Under the pieces are notes generated by a model. That model saw only the letters and a program-made list of their open reading frames with translations, ran no database searches and was not told where the DNA came from. Both the position numbers and the translations under genes were made by a program. Positions 8,435 to 16,506 of a DNA stretch of 57,077 nucleotides are shown one piece after another (the first letter of the stretch is position 1; every line of letters starts with the position of its first letter). Source of the DNA: a virus; the IMG/VR virus record IMGVR_UViG_3300025000_000123, positions 1-57,077 of that record. The stretch is one strand, 5' to 3'.

Positions 8435-8749
8435 TCAGGATGCGAATGCCCGGGCGATCCGGGCGTCCATCTCACGCCACGCGGCCAACGCCGCTGTGCC
8501 GAACCGCTCGCGAGCAACGTCCTGCTCGTCGAACATTCGGGCGTAGGGATGCCCGGGAGTCTGTGCCGCAATCGAAAAGAACGGTTCCGTCCACGGGGCC
8601 GTGCAGTCCCGGACTGTCTGTCTCCACTCCTGATACCGCCTTTCGGCGGCGGTGATTTCCACGTCTCGGTCGTAGGCCAGGGACGACTCGAGGAACGAAA
8701 GGTGGCCTCTGTGTGCTGATTCGAACCGCTGGAATGTTGTCTGATCCAT
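8435..8749 (-). CDS. Hypothetical protein (104 aa)
   Basis: AAGGAG RBS before ATG 8749. Confidence 0.6.
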   Translation of the reverse strand: MDQTTFQRFESAHRGHLSFLESSLAYDRDVEITAAERRYQEWRQTVRDCTAPWTEPFFSIAAQTPGHPYARMFDEQDVARERFGTAALAAWREMDARIARAFAS

Positions 8750-8841
8750 GGTGTCTCCTTGTTTGTTTATCGTCTCCTCAACCCGCCAATGGCGGGTTCA
8801 AGAGGCGGCCCCTCCGAAGAGGGGCATGGCCTGGGGTGGTA

Positions 8842-9231
8842 TCAAACGTCAACCGGGACGAACGAAGACGACGCAGGCCCGAACCCGTGGACGGCGAACT
8901 CACCGTGGTGCCCCAGGAGGCGAAGAGTGCGGACCACTGCCGCGTATACGTCGGCGTAGTCCGCGATGACGTTGATGATGTCCTCCTGATGCCCACGGTC
9001 GATCCGGCTCAGTGCCTTGTCGCGCCGGGCCAGGAGCATGTCGGACTCGGCACGCCACGCGGCGCCGGGCCATGTGTCGCAGTACTCGCAGGACTGCCCG
9101 TCGATGTACCCGCATCCGTGTGGGACCCGTTCGGGCTCGCGGGCTGCGATGTCGTGGTAGTAGCAGGCTTTCGCCAGGGACTGCGCCTGGCGGAGGATGG
9201 AATGAGAATGAGAGGATGACTGGGTGATCAT
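8842..9231 (-). CDS. Hypothetical protein (129 aa), CGY...CEYC motif
   Basis: Internal ATG 9231 chosen. The region upstream of it in the track ORF is Arg/Lys junk. Confidence 0.5.
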   Translation of the reverse strand: MITQSSSHSHSILRQAQSLAKACYYHDIAAREPERVPHGCGYIDGQSCEYCDTWPGAAWRAESDMLLARRDKALSRIDRGHQEDIINVIADYADVYAAVVRTLRLLGHHGEFAVHGFGPASSSFVPVDV

Positions 9232-9336
9232 GGGGAACCCTTTCTTTTTCGGTTTGAACTGCCGCACCTCGCGGCGAGCTCGTGGAAACAACTACGCCAA
9301 CAACAACCCGCGGTAGAACGGGACCAGCCGGTGAAA

Positions 9337-9612
9337 TTATTTGTCCTGCCAGACCTTCCGTCCACCCCGGCGGACCACAATTTTCTTCTCGCCGGTCGGC
9401 ATGTCCTGCCGACTCGCTACCGTACCCACCGGGTACTCGTTGGCGGGCTGCAGGGGAAGGTTATTGTCGCTGATTGTGCCGTGCCCGGCGCGGCCGATAA
9501 AAATGTGGTTCCAGAGTCCGCCCGTGATCATCATCGTCTCTCTCCAGGTTCCGGCCGCCTCATTGCGACCGTTCATGAGTAGTATTATATCCCCAGCGGG
9601 TATGGATGTCAA
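9337..9612 (-). CDS. Hypothetical protein; start uncertain (TTG at 9612 or an internal ATG)
   Basis: ORF in the operon orientation, no clear RBS. Confidence 0.4.
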   Translation of the reverse strand: MTSIPAGDIILLMNGRNEAAGTWRETMMITGGLWNHIFIGRAGHGTISDNNLPLQPANEYPVGTVASRQDMPTGEKKIVVRRGGRKVWQDK

Positions 9613-9641
9613 CAGAAAAGAATACCCACTGGTGATTTATT

Positions 9642-9845
9642 TTACTTCGCCCGTTCCGCCCGGATCCGGGCGATCTCCGCCTCCGAGATCAGGGGCTGGC
9701 GGGGCTCCAGGATCTCGCCTTCCGGGGTCCGGGCGTAGTCCAGTTTAAGCGGCTCCAACCGTTTCCGGTCCGCCAGCTGGCGGATTGAGTTTTTGTCCGC
9801 GAACCCGAGTTCTCGGGCCGCCGCACGAACTGAATACCATCGCAT
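9642..9845 (-). CDS. Small helix-turn-helix DNA-binding protein (excisionase/MerR-like fold)
   Basis: GGAGG RBS. N-terminal WYSVRAAARELGFADKNSIRQL resembles an HTH. Confidence 0.55.
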   Translation of the reverse strand: MRWYSVRAAARELGFADKNSIRQLADRKRLEPLKLDYARTPEGEILEPRQPLISEAEIARIRAERAK

Positions 9846-9961
9846 CGTGTATCCTCCGGTTATCCCCCTCTGGAGATATACCCGAGGGGGAAGGGGAGGT
9901 CAAGGGGGAATGAGGGTCAATCCGCCAACTCCCTCACCCACTCGGGCCAGAGAGATTCCGG

Positions 9962-10177
9962 CTATACGTCCACGTGCCACCAGCGGACCCGCCCTTTCAG
10001 CCACGACAGGCAATCTGCCTTCGTGGCCGCGGTCCCTGCGCTGGCCAGGATAGACTCAGCCATACGGGCTTCCCGCTGGGTTTCGGTCCGGAACTCCCGG
10101 ACCTTCCCGCCGAGCTGGGGGACCCGGAGGAAGGTGTAGAACTCGGGTGCCTCGAAATCGTCAGTGTCGTCGTACAT
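9962..10177 (-). CDS. Hypothetical protein (71 aa)
   Basis: AGGGAAAGAG RBS before ATG 10177. Confidence 0.5.
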   Translation of the reverse strand: MYDDTDDFEAPEFYTFLRVPQLGGKVREFRTETQREARMAESILASAGTAATKADCLSWLKGRVRWWHVDV

Positions 10178-10190
10178 CTCTTTCCCTTTC

Positions 10191-10499
10191 CTATTCCGTC
10201 CACCACCGGAACGCGATCGTCCGGCGGGCGGTGCTGTTCTCGATCACCCCCTCCCCTTCGGGGGAGGCGTTCACGAGCGCCACCACACGGGCGAGCTCGT
10301 AGGAATCGAGGCTGCCTGTGGTGCAATACCCCAGGTCCTCGATCCGCTCCTCAACACTGCCGGTCCTGAGCGGGGTGAACCCCGTCTCACCAGCACTCCG
10401 GGCCAGTCCGTCCCGATTCCCGCCGAGCCACTGTGCGGAGTCGATGCGGGCTTGCACCCCGGCGGACGACGTGTTAGCCACTTTCTGAATTACCTTCAT
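10191..10499 (-). CDS. Hypothetical protein (102 aa)
   Basis: GGAGGAG RBS before ATG 10499. Confidence 0.55.
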   Translation of the reverse strand: MKVIQKVANTSSAGVQARIDSAQWLGGNRDGLARSAGETGFTPLRTGSVEERIEDLGYCTTGSLDSYELARVVALVNASPEGEGVIENSTARRTIAFRWWTE

Positions 10500-10578
10500 G
10501 ATTTTCTCCTCCCCGGATTACCCGCCGGGGTCGGGTCATGAATCATGCCCCACCGCACGATTCGCGGCGGGGAGGGGA

Positions 10579-11061
10579 TCAGAAAATCATTGGGTGCCTC
10601 AAATCCCAGCCCAGGACCTCGCCCTCGCGGGGGATGTCGATCTGGTGGGCGAACTCGAGATCCGCGAGAGACCGATAAGAAACATCCTCAGCACCGTCGT
10701 AACAGGCGGACACCGTGCCGTCCGGGTGCAGGTGCACCTCGATGGGGACAATAACGTCGGTAGTGGACACGAGATCGGCGGTCTTGACCACGATGTCGGC
10801 GGACCGAACCCGCTCCAACATCTCATCCCGGAGCGTGTCGAGCTCGCTACCCTCGCTCCGGCGGAGCGTCCATCCGGTGGCGTCGAAGGTCGGGCGCTCG
10901 TCGTCGTCCAGGAAGGAAACGATGTCGGACTCGCAAAGGTCGCGCGAGCCGATCATGATGTCGTCGTGACCGGAGCAACCGCTGTCGAGCTGCCAGATCT
11001 GCTCGCCGGCGTAAATCGCGGTGAGAATTTCGGACGCGGTGTGGCTTTTCAGGCTGTACAT
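10579..11061 (-). CDS. Strongly acidic hypothetical protein (160 aa; about 33 Asp+Glu vs 12 Lys+Arg)
   Basis: ATG 11061 preceded by AAGGGAGAG. Residues counted by hand. Confidence 0.6.
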   Translation of the reverse strand: MYSLKSHTASEILTAIYAGEQIWQLDSGCSGHDDIMIGSRDLCESDIVSFLDDDERPTFDATGWTLRRSEGSELDTLRDEMLERVRSADIVVKTADLVSTTDVIVPIEVHLHPDGTVSACYDGAEDVSYRSLADLEFAHQIDIPREGEVLGWDLRHPMIF

Positions 11062-11098
11062 CGGACTCTCCCTTTCTTGCCCTTGGGGCTGTTTATAA

Positions 11099-11320
11099 TC
11101 ACTCAACCGCGAACTCCTGGTGTCCACGGGTGCCCATCTCGCCGCTGCAGAGGCAGCCTTTGGCGCACAGTGCCCGCTTGGCACGCTTAATCTGACTAGG
11201 TGCCAGCCGGTAGAGGGGCGCCTGCTCGCCGTCCCAGTCCTCAACGGACCCTACATGCTCGGCAATCAGGGTGACGGAGGTATTGTGAAAGTCGTTGGTC
11301 AGTGTGATCCGCTTTTTCAT
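11099..11320 (-). CDS. Hypothetical protein (73 aa)
   Basis: ATG 11320 preceded by GGAGAAGG. First gene of the leftward accessory operon. Confidence 0.5.
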   Translation of the reverse strand: MKKRITLTNDFHNTSVTLIAEHVGSVEDWDGEQAPLYRLAPSQIKRAKRALCAKGCLCSGEMGTRGHQEFAVE

Positions 11321-11517
11321 CGCCTTCTCCTCAAGAGGTTTGCGGCCGGTTGGCTTGCGGACCCTCCGTCTGCCTCGGGTCCGGCCGCTCATGTCTTAAT
11401 AGGTTGCAGGTTATGTGCCAACTATACCAGATTTGTCGTGGTTTGTGTAAGTGTGTGTCAATACTAACGTTTCTCTGGTGAGCGAAAGAGGGACGGTGTG
11501 AAACAGCCACACCCTAA

Positions 11518-11666
11518 CCACGACATAGATGTCATGGTATTTGGACGATTCCCCAGAAATGGCGGTGTAACGCCAAAACGACTATGACATAGATGTCGTG
11601 GTTTTGGAGCTCACAATGGGAAATGGCGGAATGGCGCGGTTTCGACTATGACATAGATGTCGTGGT
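11518..11666. promoter_or_regulatory. Three copies of the palindromic core GACAT-AG-ATGTC (11518-11537, 11579-11602, 11643-11666) with centres exactly 64 bp apart; AAATGGCGG also repeats at about the same phase
   Basis: Read directly. Copies 2 and 3 are identical over 24 bp (CGACTATGACATAGATGTCGTGGT). Confidence 0.7.
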
Positions 11667-11876
11667 CGGTTCAACAGGCTGGAGCCACTGGCGGGAACAG
11701 GGCGAGACGCGCCGGAGCCCGCAGGCCTCGGCATGGCGCTCGAAAGTACGCAGGGAGATCCCCAGCGTGCGAGCTGCTACGGCAGCCACGCCGCCAGAGA
11801 TGGTGAGGCGATCGATCAGGATCTGGCGCCGAAACTCGAGCTCGAGCTCGGCGAGGGTGGGCACACGGTCAGGCAT
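11646..11876 (-). CDS. Fis-type helix-turn-helix DNA-binding protein (76 aa)
   Basis: AGGAGG RBS before ATG 11876. The segment GGVAAVAARTLGISLRTFERHAEACGL matches the Fis/NtrC C-terminal HTH pattern. Confidence 0.6.
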   Translation of the reverse strand: MPDRVPTLAELELEFRRQILIDRLTISGGVAAVAARTLGISLRTFERHAEACGLRRVSPCSRQWLQPVEPTTTSMS

Positions 11877-11879
11877 ATT

Positions 11880-12345
11880 GGTACCTCCTACTCCGGAGGC
11901 TGCAAGGGGCGTGCCACTCATGGGTCCAGCTCTCGAGGTGATGACCGAGTGGGCGCGGGTCCGCCGACTGGACACGGACCTGGTGTTTCCCTCCCCCTCA
12001 ACCGCTCAGAAGTCCATCGACCTCCGGCGAGGGTAAGAGGCAGCAGTGAGCCGGGCGGGCCTGACAGACATCGCCAAGGGTTCCCGCCCTGAGCACGCCG
12101 ACCTGGGCAATCTCGAGTATCTGGTCATCATCGACGGGGAGATGGTCTATCGGCAGGAGGGGGACCGGACACAGCGGCCAAAGGCGGACCGGGGATGTTG
12201 GACCAACCTAGACCAGATCCTGCTCCCGGTGGCGGTCCCGGCTGACGGGCTGGTCCTGGGGATTGTTCGTCGGCGGGAGGGTCGGCGGGTAGAGATACGG
12301 ATCCGCCCCGACGGCATCCTCGAGCGCCTCCGCGTTGTGAGGTAG
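11880..12345 (+). pseudogene. Possible decayed tyrosine-integrase remnant interrupted by an in-frame TAA (12034-12036)
   Basis: RGVPLMGPALEVMTEWARVRRLDTDLVFPSPS resembles the R...VPL...LVFPS segment of tyrosine recombinases. The same frame continues after the stop with SRAGLTD...EHADLGN (degenerate AGL...HDLRH). No catalytic Tyr region. Confidence 0.25.
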
Positions 12346-12484
12346 TCCGCTCAAGCCATCCCCCGCGCCCACACTCCCCGCTGCACCTGCCACCGACCCA
12401 CCGAATTTGCTTGTATCCGAGTGGATACACCTGTTATTGTTGTGGTGAGGTATTTTTTTCCCTTGGACACGTGATGAGGTGGGT

Positions 12485-12805
12485 ATGAGTCTGGTGCAAC
12501 CTCCACGAACCTGTATGACCTGCGGCGGCACATGCTCGCATCTCCTGACCCACTGCCGGGACTGCCTGGGCATGACAGAGACGGAATATGAGCGCCTGAC
12601 CGTCATCGCGCTTGATATCGTTCAGCGGGGGCTCGATCTCCCGGAGAACCCGACCCCGCTCGAGACGGAGTTGATCGAAGGGATCCGCAGCCAGGCGGAG
12701 ATCTGGCAGCAGCCGGGGATCTCCGAACGCGAGAGGGGAAAGTCCCTGCTCGACAATGTAAATGGAACGAGCCGCGCGGTTCTGCGTCTGGTCAAGGGAG
12801 GATGA
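12485..12805 (+). CDS. Hypothetical protein with N-terminal CxxC...CxxC zinc ribbon
   Basis: ATG 12485 five nt after GAGG. CMTCGGTCSHLLTHCRDC. Confidence 0.55.
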   Translation: MSLVQPPRTCMTCGGTCSHLLTHCRDCLGMTETEYERLTVIALDIVQRGLDLPENPTPLETELIEGIRSQAEIWQQPGISERERGKSLLDNVNGTSRAVLRLVKGG

Positions 12806-12806
12806 C

Positions 12807-12920
12807 ATGCTCGTAATAGCCTACTTTTTCGTCGGATGTTTTCACGGTCTGGCGCTGGTGACGTTCTGTCACTGGCTGGCGTATCGGTGGGTTCTCATGC
12901 TTCGAGGCCACAGAAGATGA
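12807..12920 (+). CDS. Small membrane peptide (37 aa), below the track cut-off
   Basis: GGAGG RBS. MLVIAYFFVGCFHGLALVTFCHWLAYRWVLMLRGHRR is a single hydrophobic helix. Confidence 0.35.
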   Translation: MLVIAYFFVGCFHGLALVTFCHWLAYRWVLMLRGHRR

Positions 12921-12947
12921 CAGAACGGCACGTCTGTACACGCGCCT

Positions 12948-13187
12948 GTGTCAGGATCCCGACATAGTGATCAAGGATCTCGCGACCGTCTGCCGACACC
13001 CAACGAAGTGGACGGGTGGCAGGGACTGCAGGACGGCGCGGTGAGGAGATGGCAGGCAACGGATGGAGGCGTGAGGTGGCTGGTGCCCCATAGATACGAG
13101 CGCGCGCCGCTTGAAGCCGAAGAACAGATCCGCCCCGTGCTCGTTCACCCGGACGGGCGGATCGAAGCGGTGGACTGGCCGAAATGA
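12948..13187 (+). CDS. Hypothetical protein (79 aa), GTG start, no clear RBS
   Basis: ORF in the operon orientation. Its stop overlaps the next start (ATGA). Confidence 0.4.
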   Translation: MSGSRHSDQGSRDRLPTPNEVDGWQGLQDGAVRRWQATDGGVRWLVPHRYERAPLEAEEQIRPVLVHPDGRIEAVDWPK

Positions 13188-13744
13188 CCGACCCCGAGCG
13201 CACCGCCCTCCTGTCTCGCCTCGGCTGGCTCCGGTTTTACGAGCTGCTGTCCGCCGGGTGGGTCGGGTTTGCCCAACTCTGCGAGTCCGGACTGTCGGAC
13301 CGGCAGGCACGACGCCGGCTCGAGGACATGGGGAAGGTATACGCGCTTGAGGAGCAGTGGACCCGGACGGACCCGGACGGACCCGGACGGGTCCGGCAAC
13401 CTGGTGAAACAATGGAGGAAAGAGAAATGACGACCTGCATCGGATCATTCCCGCCCAATGATGGCAAAGAGTGGGGCTGTCAGTGCGCACGATGCGGGTC
13501 CACCGCGGACTGGTGTGAATGTTGGGAATGCGGAGGGGATGGCGTATCCGGTCACGACTGCGGCGAGGACTGCTGTTGTTGCGCCGACCCAGAGGACAAC
13601 ATCCGTTGCGACGTCTGCAACGGACAAGGCGGATGGTATGCCTGTCTGTCGTCGCCCGTCTGGTGCGAGGAACACCCCGTCACCGACCCACCCCGGGAGA
13701 GGGGAATTGTTGAGTGGTTTTGCATAGAGAAAGGGGAGACATGA
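13184..13744 (+). CDS. Two-part protein: N-terminal winged-helix-like region and C-terminal Cys-rich DnaJ-type zinc-finger-like domain
   Basis: CWECGGDG and CDVCNGQGG (CxxCxGxG-type) plus many other Cys. An internal RBS and ATG at 13428 could give a separate product. Confidence 0.55.
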   Translation: MTDPERTALLSRLGWLRFYELLSAGWVGFAQLCESGLSDRQARRRLEDMGKVYALEEQWTRTDPDGPGRVRQPGETMEEREMTTCIGSFPPNDGKEWGCQCARCGSTADWCECWECGGDGVSGHDCGEDCCCCADPEDNIRCDVCNGQGGWYACLSSPVWCEEHPVTDPPRERGIVEWFCIEKGET

Positions 13745-13983
13745 TCAAGCGTATGATTCTGGCGACCATTCGCGGGCCTTCGGTGTCTGGGCTGTGGATC
13801 GGGCCATTCCTGGTGCATGAGGCCTATAAGCGGGAAGGGTTCAGTGTGTCCTGGCGCGGGCTCGGGATCAGGCACGGCGATGATTTCTTTGAGTTGGCAG
13901 TCTGGGCAGAACAATACGCGGCCCGGCTGCAGGAAATCGAAGACGAAATCTGGTCCTGGGGTTGCGCGGGCACTCCAGGATGA
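13741..13983 (+). CDS. Hypothetical protein (80 aa)
   Basis: ATGA overlap with the upstream stop. Confidence 0.55.
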   Translation: MIKRMILATIRGPSVSGLWIGPFLVHEAYKREGFSVSWRGLGIRHGDDFFELAVWAEQYAARLQEIEDEIWSWGCAGTPG

Positions 13984-13993
13984 AAGGGGAGAA

Positions 13994-14710
13994 ATGACGA
14001 CGAAACCGAACGAGCAACCTGCACCCCGACCCGGTGGGCGACCGGTAATCCCGGTGGTCCTGCATCGAATCCGGCGGATGGCAGTCATGGGCCACGTGCC
14101 GCTCGAGGTGGGCTGCATGGCCGAGACGGCGATCATCGAGCGCGACGAGTGGGGCAGTCGCCCGGTAGAGGATGGCGGCTACGGGTGCAGCCTCCACACC
14201 GACAACGGGCGCGACCCGGTAGAGGATGCCTGCCAGGAGTTGGCGGACGCGACCAACTACCTGGTGCAGGCTCAGATTGAAAAGCGCGACCTCCGCCGGA
14301 TCCGCGCGTGGCTGATGGTGTTGAACGAGCTGGTGGGGGAGGAAAAGGAAGAGTGCGCCTGCCCTGAGTGGGGAGAGGGACATCTGGCCGGGTGTCCGGT
14401 GGGGGAACGGGCCACCAACGAGATCGAACGGCTGCAGAAACCCGAGCCCACCATAATCCGGGACCGGCGGCCGACGCGGGAGGAGGCGGATTCGATGCCT
14501 TCCGCCGCGCGGTTCCTGGGCAGGACCGGCAGGGGCCTTCATGTCTGGGACGTTGACATCGACGATGACGATCTGATTGTACTGGTCCGCCCGGACGACA
14601 ACGGCGACGTCGATCGAATCGAGACCGCGGCCGACGGCCGCTCCGCCCCCGGCGAAATCTGGCGCCCGATTGGACCGGATGGCGAGGGGTTGAGACTGGA
14701 GGTCAGATGA
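13994..14710 (+). CDS. Hypothetical protein (238 aa)
   Basis: ATG 13994 after AAGGGGAG. The track ORF start at 13817 overlaps the previous gene. Confidence 0.6.
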   Translation: MTTKPNEQPAPRPGGRPVIPVVLHRIRRMAVMGHVPLEVGCMAETAIIERDEWGSRPVEDGGYGCSLHTDNGRDPVEDACQELADATNYLVQAQIEKRDLRRIRAWLMVLNELVGEEKEECACPEWGEGHLAGCPVGERATNEIERLQKPEPTIIRDRRPTREEADSMPSAARFLGRTGRGLHVWDVDIDDDDLIVLVRPDDNGDVDRIETAADGRSAPGEIWRPIGPDGEGLRLEVR

Positions 14711-15366
14711 TCTGGGTACACCCTTTGAACGCGCAGTCCGCGATCGTAGGCATCTTCGGCGTGGACATGCCACGCGATGCGCTCCTGCTCGCCACAATGG
14801 CCCGATGGCGAGACGTGAGGGTGGCAGCGATAACGTTTCGCTCGTACTGGATCGGGTTCGACGACCAGACAATCCTGCAGGTGACGAGCCAGCAGGACCA
14901 GCAGCCGATCTTGGAGTGGATCGAACAGATGGCCAAACTCCTGGATCTCCCGTGGGACATCTGCCCGTTTTGTGGCGGTAAGGCGGATTACAGCGTGAAC
15001 CAAGCTGAATCGCTCTGGAGCAGTGCGATCGTTCCATGGCACACGGCGAGTTGTCGCGCCTGTGATATTTCGATGTCTCGATGCGATGACCTGGACGGGC
15101 TGGTAGATGCTTGGAATACCCGCACACCCGATCCCCGGCTGGCTGCATGGCTTGAGTCACGCGGACTGCCGGCGGACTGGCAGTGCCCGTTAGATGCGGC
15201 GGCGGTAGTGGTGACGCATCATGGACGGGTGACGGATCTTCGCATATCAGATCGCCCTCCGGTGGCTCGCTCGCTGCCGAACGCGTATCGTCACATTCGG
15301 TGGGACCATGCGACGCTTGAGCAACGAGCAGAGGCGATCACATTGAAAGGATGGCGGAATGGATGA
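14707..15366 (+). CDS. Protein with a central Lar-family restriction-alleviation-like zinc domain
   Basis: ICPFCGG-(27)-CRAC-(17)-AWNTR matches the CPFCG...CxxC...WNxR pattern of Lar-family proteins. ATGA coupling to the upstream gene. Confidence 0.6.
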   Translation: MIWVHPLNAQSAIVGIFGVDMPRDALLLATMARWRDVRVAAITFRSYWIGFDDQTILQVTSQQDQQPILEWIEQMAKLLDLPWDICPFCGGKADYSVNQAESLWSSAIVPWHTASCRACDISMSRCDDLDGLVDAWNTRTPDPRLAAWLESRGLPADWQCPLDAAAVVVTHHGRVTDLRISDRPPVARSLPNAYRHIRWDHATLEQRAEAITLKGWRNG

Positions 15367-15766
15367 AGCGCTGACCCGCGCCGGATGGCGCACGATGCCC
15401 GATGATGCTACGCGTCGGGCATGGGAGGCGAAGGAGGGAAGGTGGCAGGCACTTGGCAAATATTGGGACGATGTTCCGTATCTGGAACTCGTTGAGCCCG
15501 GTGAACGATTCCTCGAGTGCGAGGTCGCCCGCCCCGTCCATCTTGATCGCGGTTGGGACTACTGCCCGGAGGGGTGGGGCGACCATGATCAATATGCTAA
15601 GCGCGCCACGTACTGGTGCAAACACTGTTGCAAGGCACGCCGGCCATGGGTTCGCTACGATACGGCGACACAGAAACACACGCATCAGTGTCTGATGTTT
15701 GGCGGAACGGACTGGACGATCATTCCCAAGGGTGGTCGGTTCCCGGAGGCTGGTGATGAGCGGTAG
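15359..15766 (+). CDS. Hypothetical Cys/Trp-rich protein (135 aa)
   Basis: ORF overlapping the upstream stop. YWCKHCC motif. Confidence 0.55.
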   Translation: MDEALTRAGWRTMPDDATRRAWEAKEGRWQALGKYWDDVPYLELVEPGERFLECEVARPVHLDRGWDYCPEGWGDHDQYAKRATYWCKHCCKARRPWVRYDTATQKHTHQCLMFGGTDWTIIPKGGRFPEAGDER

Positions 15767-16112
15767 TACAGACCTTCCCGCATGGTGTACGCCCCTCTAC
15801 TTCTCCCGCCAGACCGGGTGGGCATACGAGACGGTCAAGGCGTGTCTCACGGGGCGCCGCCAGCTGGCCGGGCAGTTGATCGAGGGGGCGGAGTTCGGGC
15901 AGGAGGAGGGTCTGCTCGGAGCCGTGGGGCGGTGGAGGATCCCGGTGGCGGAGATCTCGCGGCTGAGACGACGTTCACCAGGGGCCGGCAACGGTGATCC
16001 GGGCGATGCGGGGCTCGAGGCCAACGGTGGTATGACCGGGCCACAGGAGCAGGAGCGCAGTCAGCAGGAGGCCGGCGACGAGCGCCAGGATGAGCACGTA
16101 TCCACGTTGTGA
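15757..16112 (+). CDS. Hypothetical protein, possible N-terminal HTH; the 3' third may be non-coding read-through
   Basis: ATG 15757. The C-terminal Gly/Glu/Gln-rich tail lies exactly antisense to a transmembrane ORF on the other strand. Confidence 0.4.
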
Positions 16113-16160
16113 CTGTCGCCTTCTGGCAGCCTCAGCGCTGGCTGTCAGTAGCGGCAGCAC
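15975..16160 (-). CDS. Putative small membrane protein of the lysis cassette (61 aa, GTG start)
   Basis: Arg-rich N-terminus followed by YVLILALVAGLLLTALLLLW. Overlaps the stop of the holin-like gene. Confidence 0.35.
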   Translation of the reverse strand: MLPLLTASAEAARRRQSQRGYVLILALVAGLLLTALLLLWPGHTTVGLEPRIARITVAGPW

Positions 16161-16443
16161 GTCCCGCCATCTCTCCGGCCGCGATGGGTCCAGGTAGGCT
16201 CGCAGGACCTGCCCTCTCTGCGTGCGACTGACGCAGGACGGCGGAATTGAGAAGCGCCTCGGACCTGTCGCGATCGGTCCGGGCCCTGATGGCCTCCGTC
16301 CTCGCGCGGATCCAGTCGATCCAGGCGTCTGTGAGCCTGCCGAGAGCGCCTGATACGGCGTTAAGTCGGCCGACAGCGACCACCACCACGAGAGCAGCCC
16401 AAGGCCCGTATTTCTGAGCCAGTTCTGCAATTTCCTTGTCCAC
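16132..16443 (-). CDS. Holin-like membrane protein (103 aa)
   Basis: GGGAGG RBS before GTG 16443. One TM segment GPWAALVVVVAVG. Immediately downstream of the endolysin. Confidence 0.5.
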   Translation of the reverse strand: MDKEIAELAQKYGPWAALVVVVAVGRLNAVSGALGRLTDAWIDWIRARTEAIRARTDRDRSEALLNSAVLRQSHAERAGPASLPGPIAAGEMAGRAAATDSQR

Positions 16444-16506
16444 GATTGACCTCCCATCTTTCGTTCCTCCTATTGTAGCGTCTATCGGGCCATTGCGCGA
16501 CCCGGA

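Noticed and set aside
11836-11851. Tandem CTCGAGCTCGAGCTCG as a special structural element
   Set aside because: It encodes ELELEF within the Fis-like HTH gene. It is part of the general CTCGAG/Leu-Glu phenomenon rather than a separate feature.
13868-15160. 430-aa minus-strand ORF across the rightward Cys-rich gene cluster
   Set aside because: It spans several RBS-supported, translationally coupled plus-strand genes. It has extreme Arg/Pro content and no RBS.
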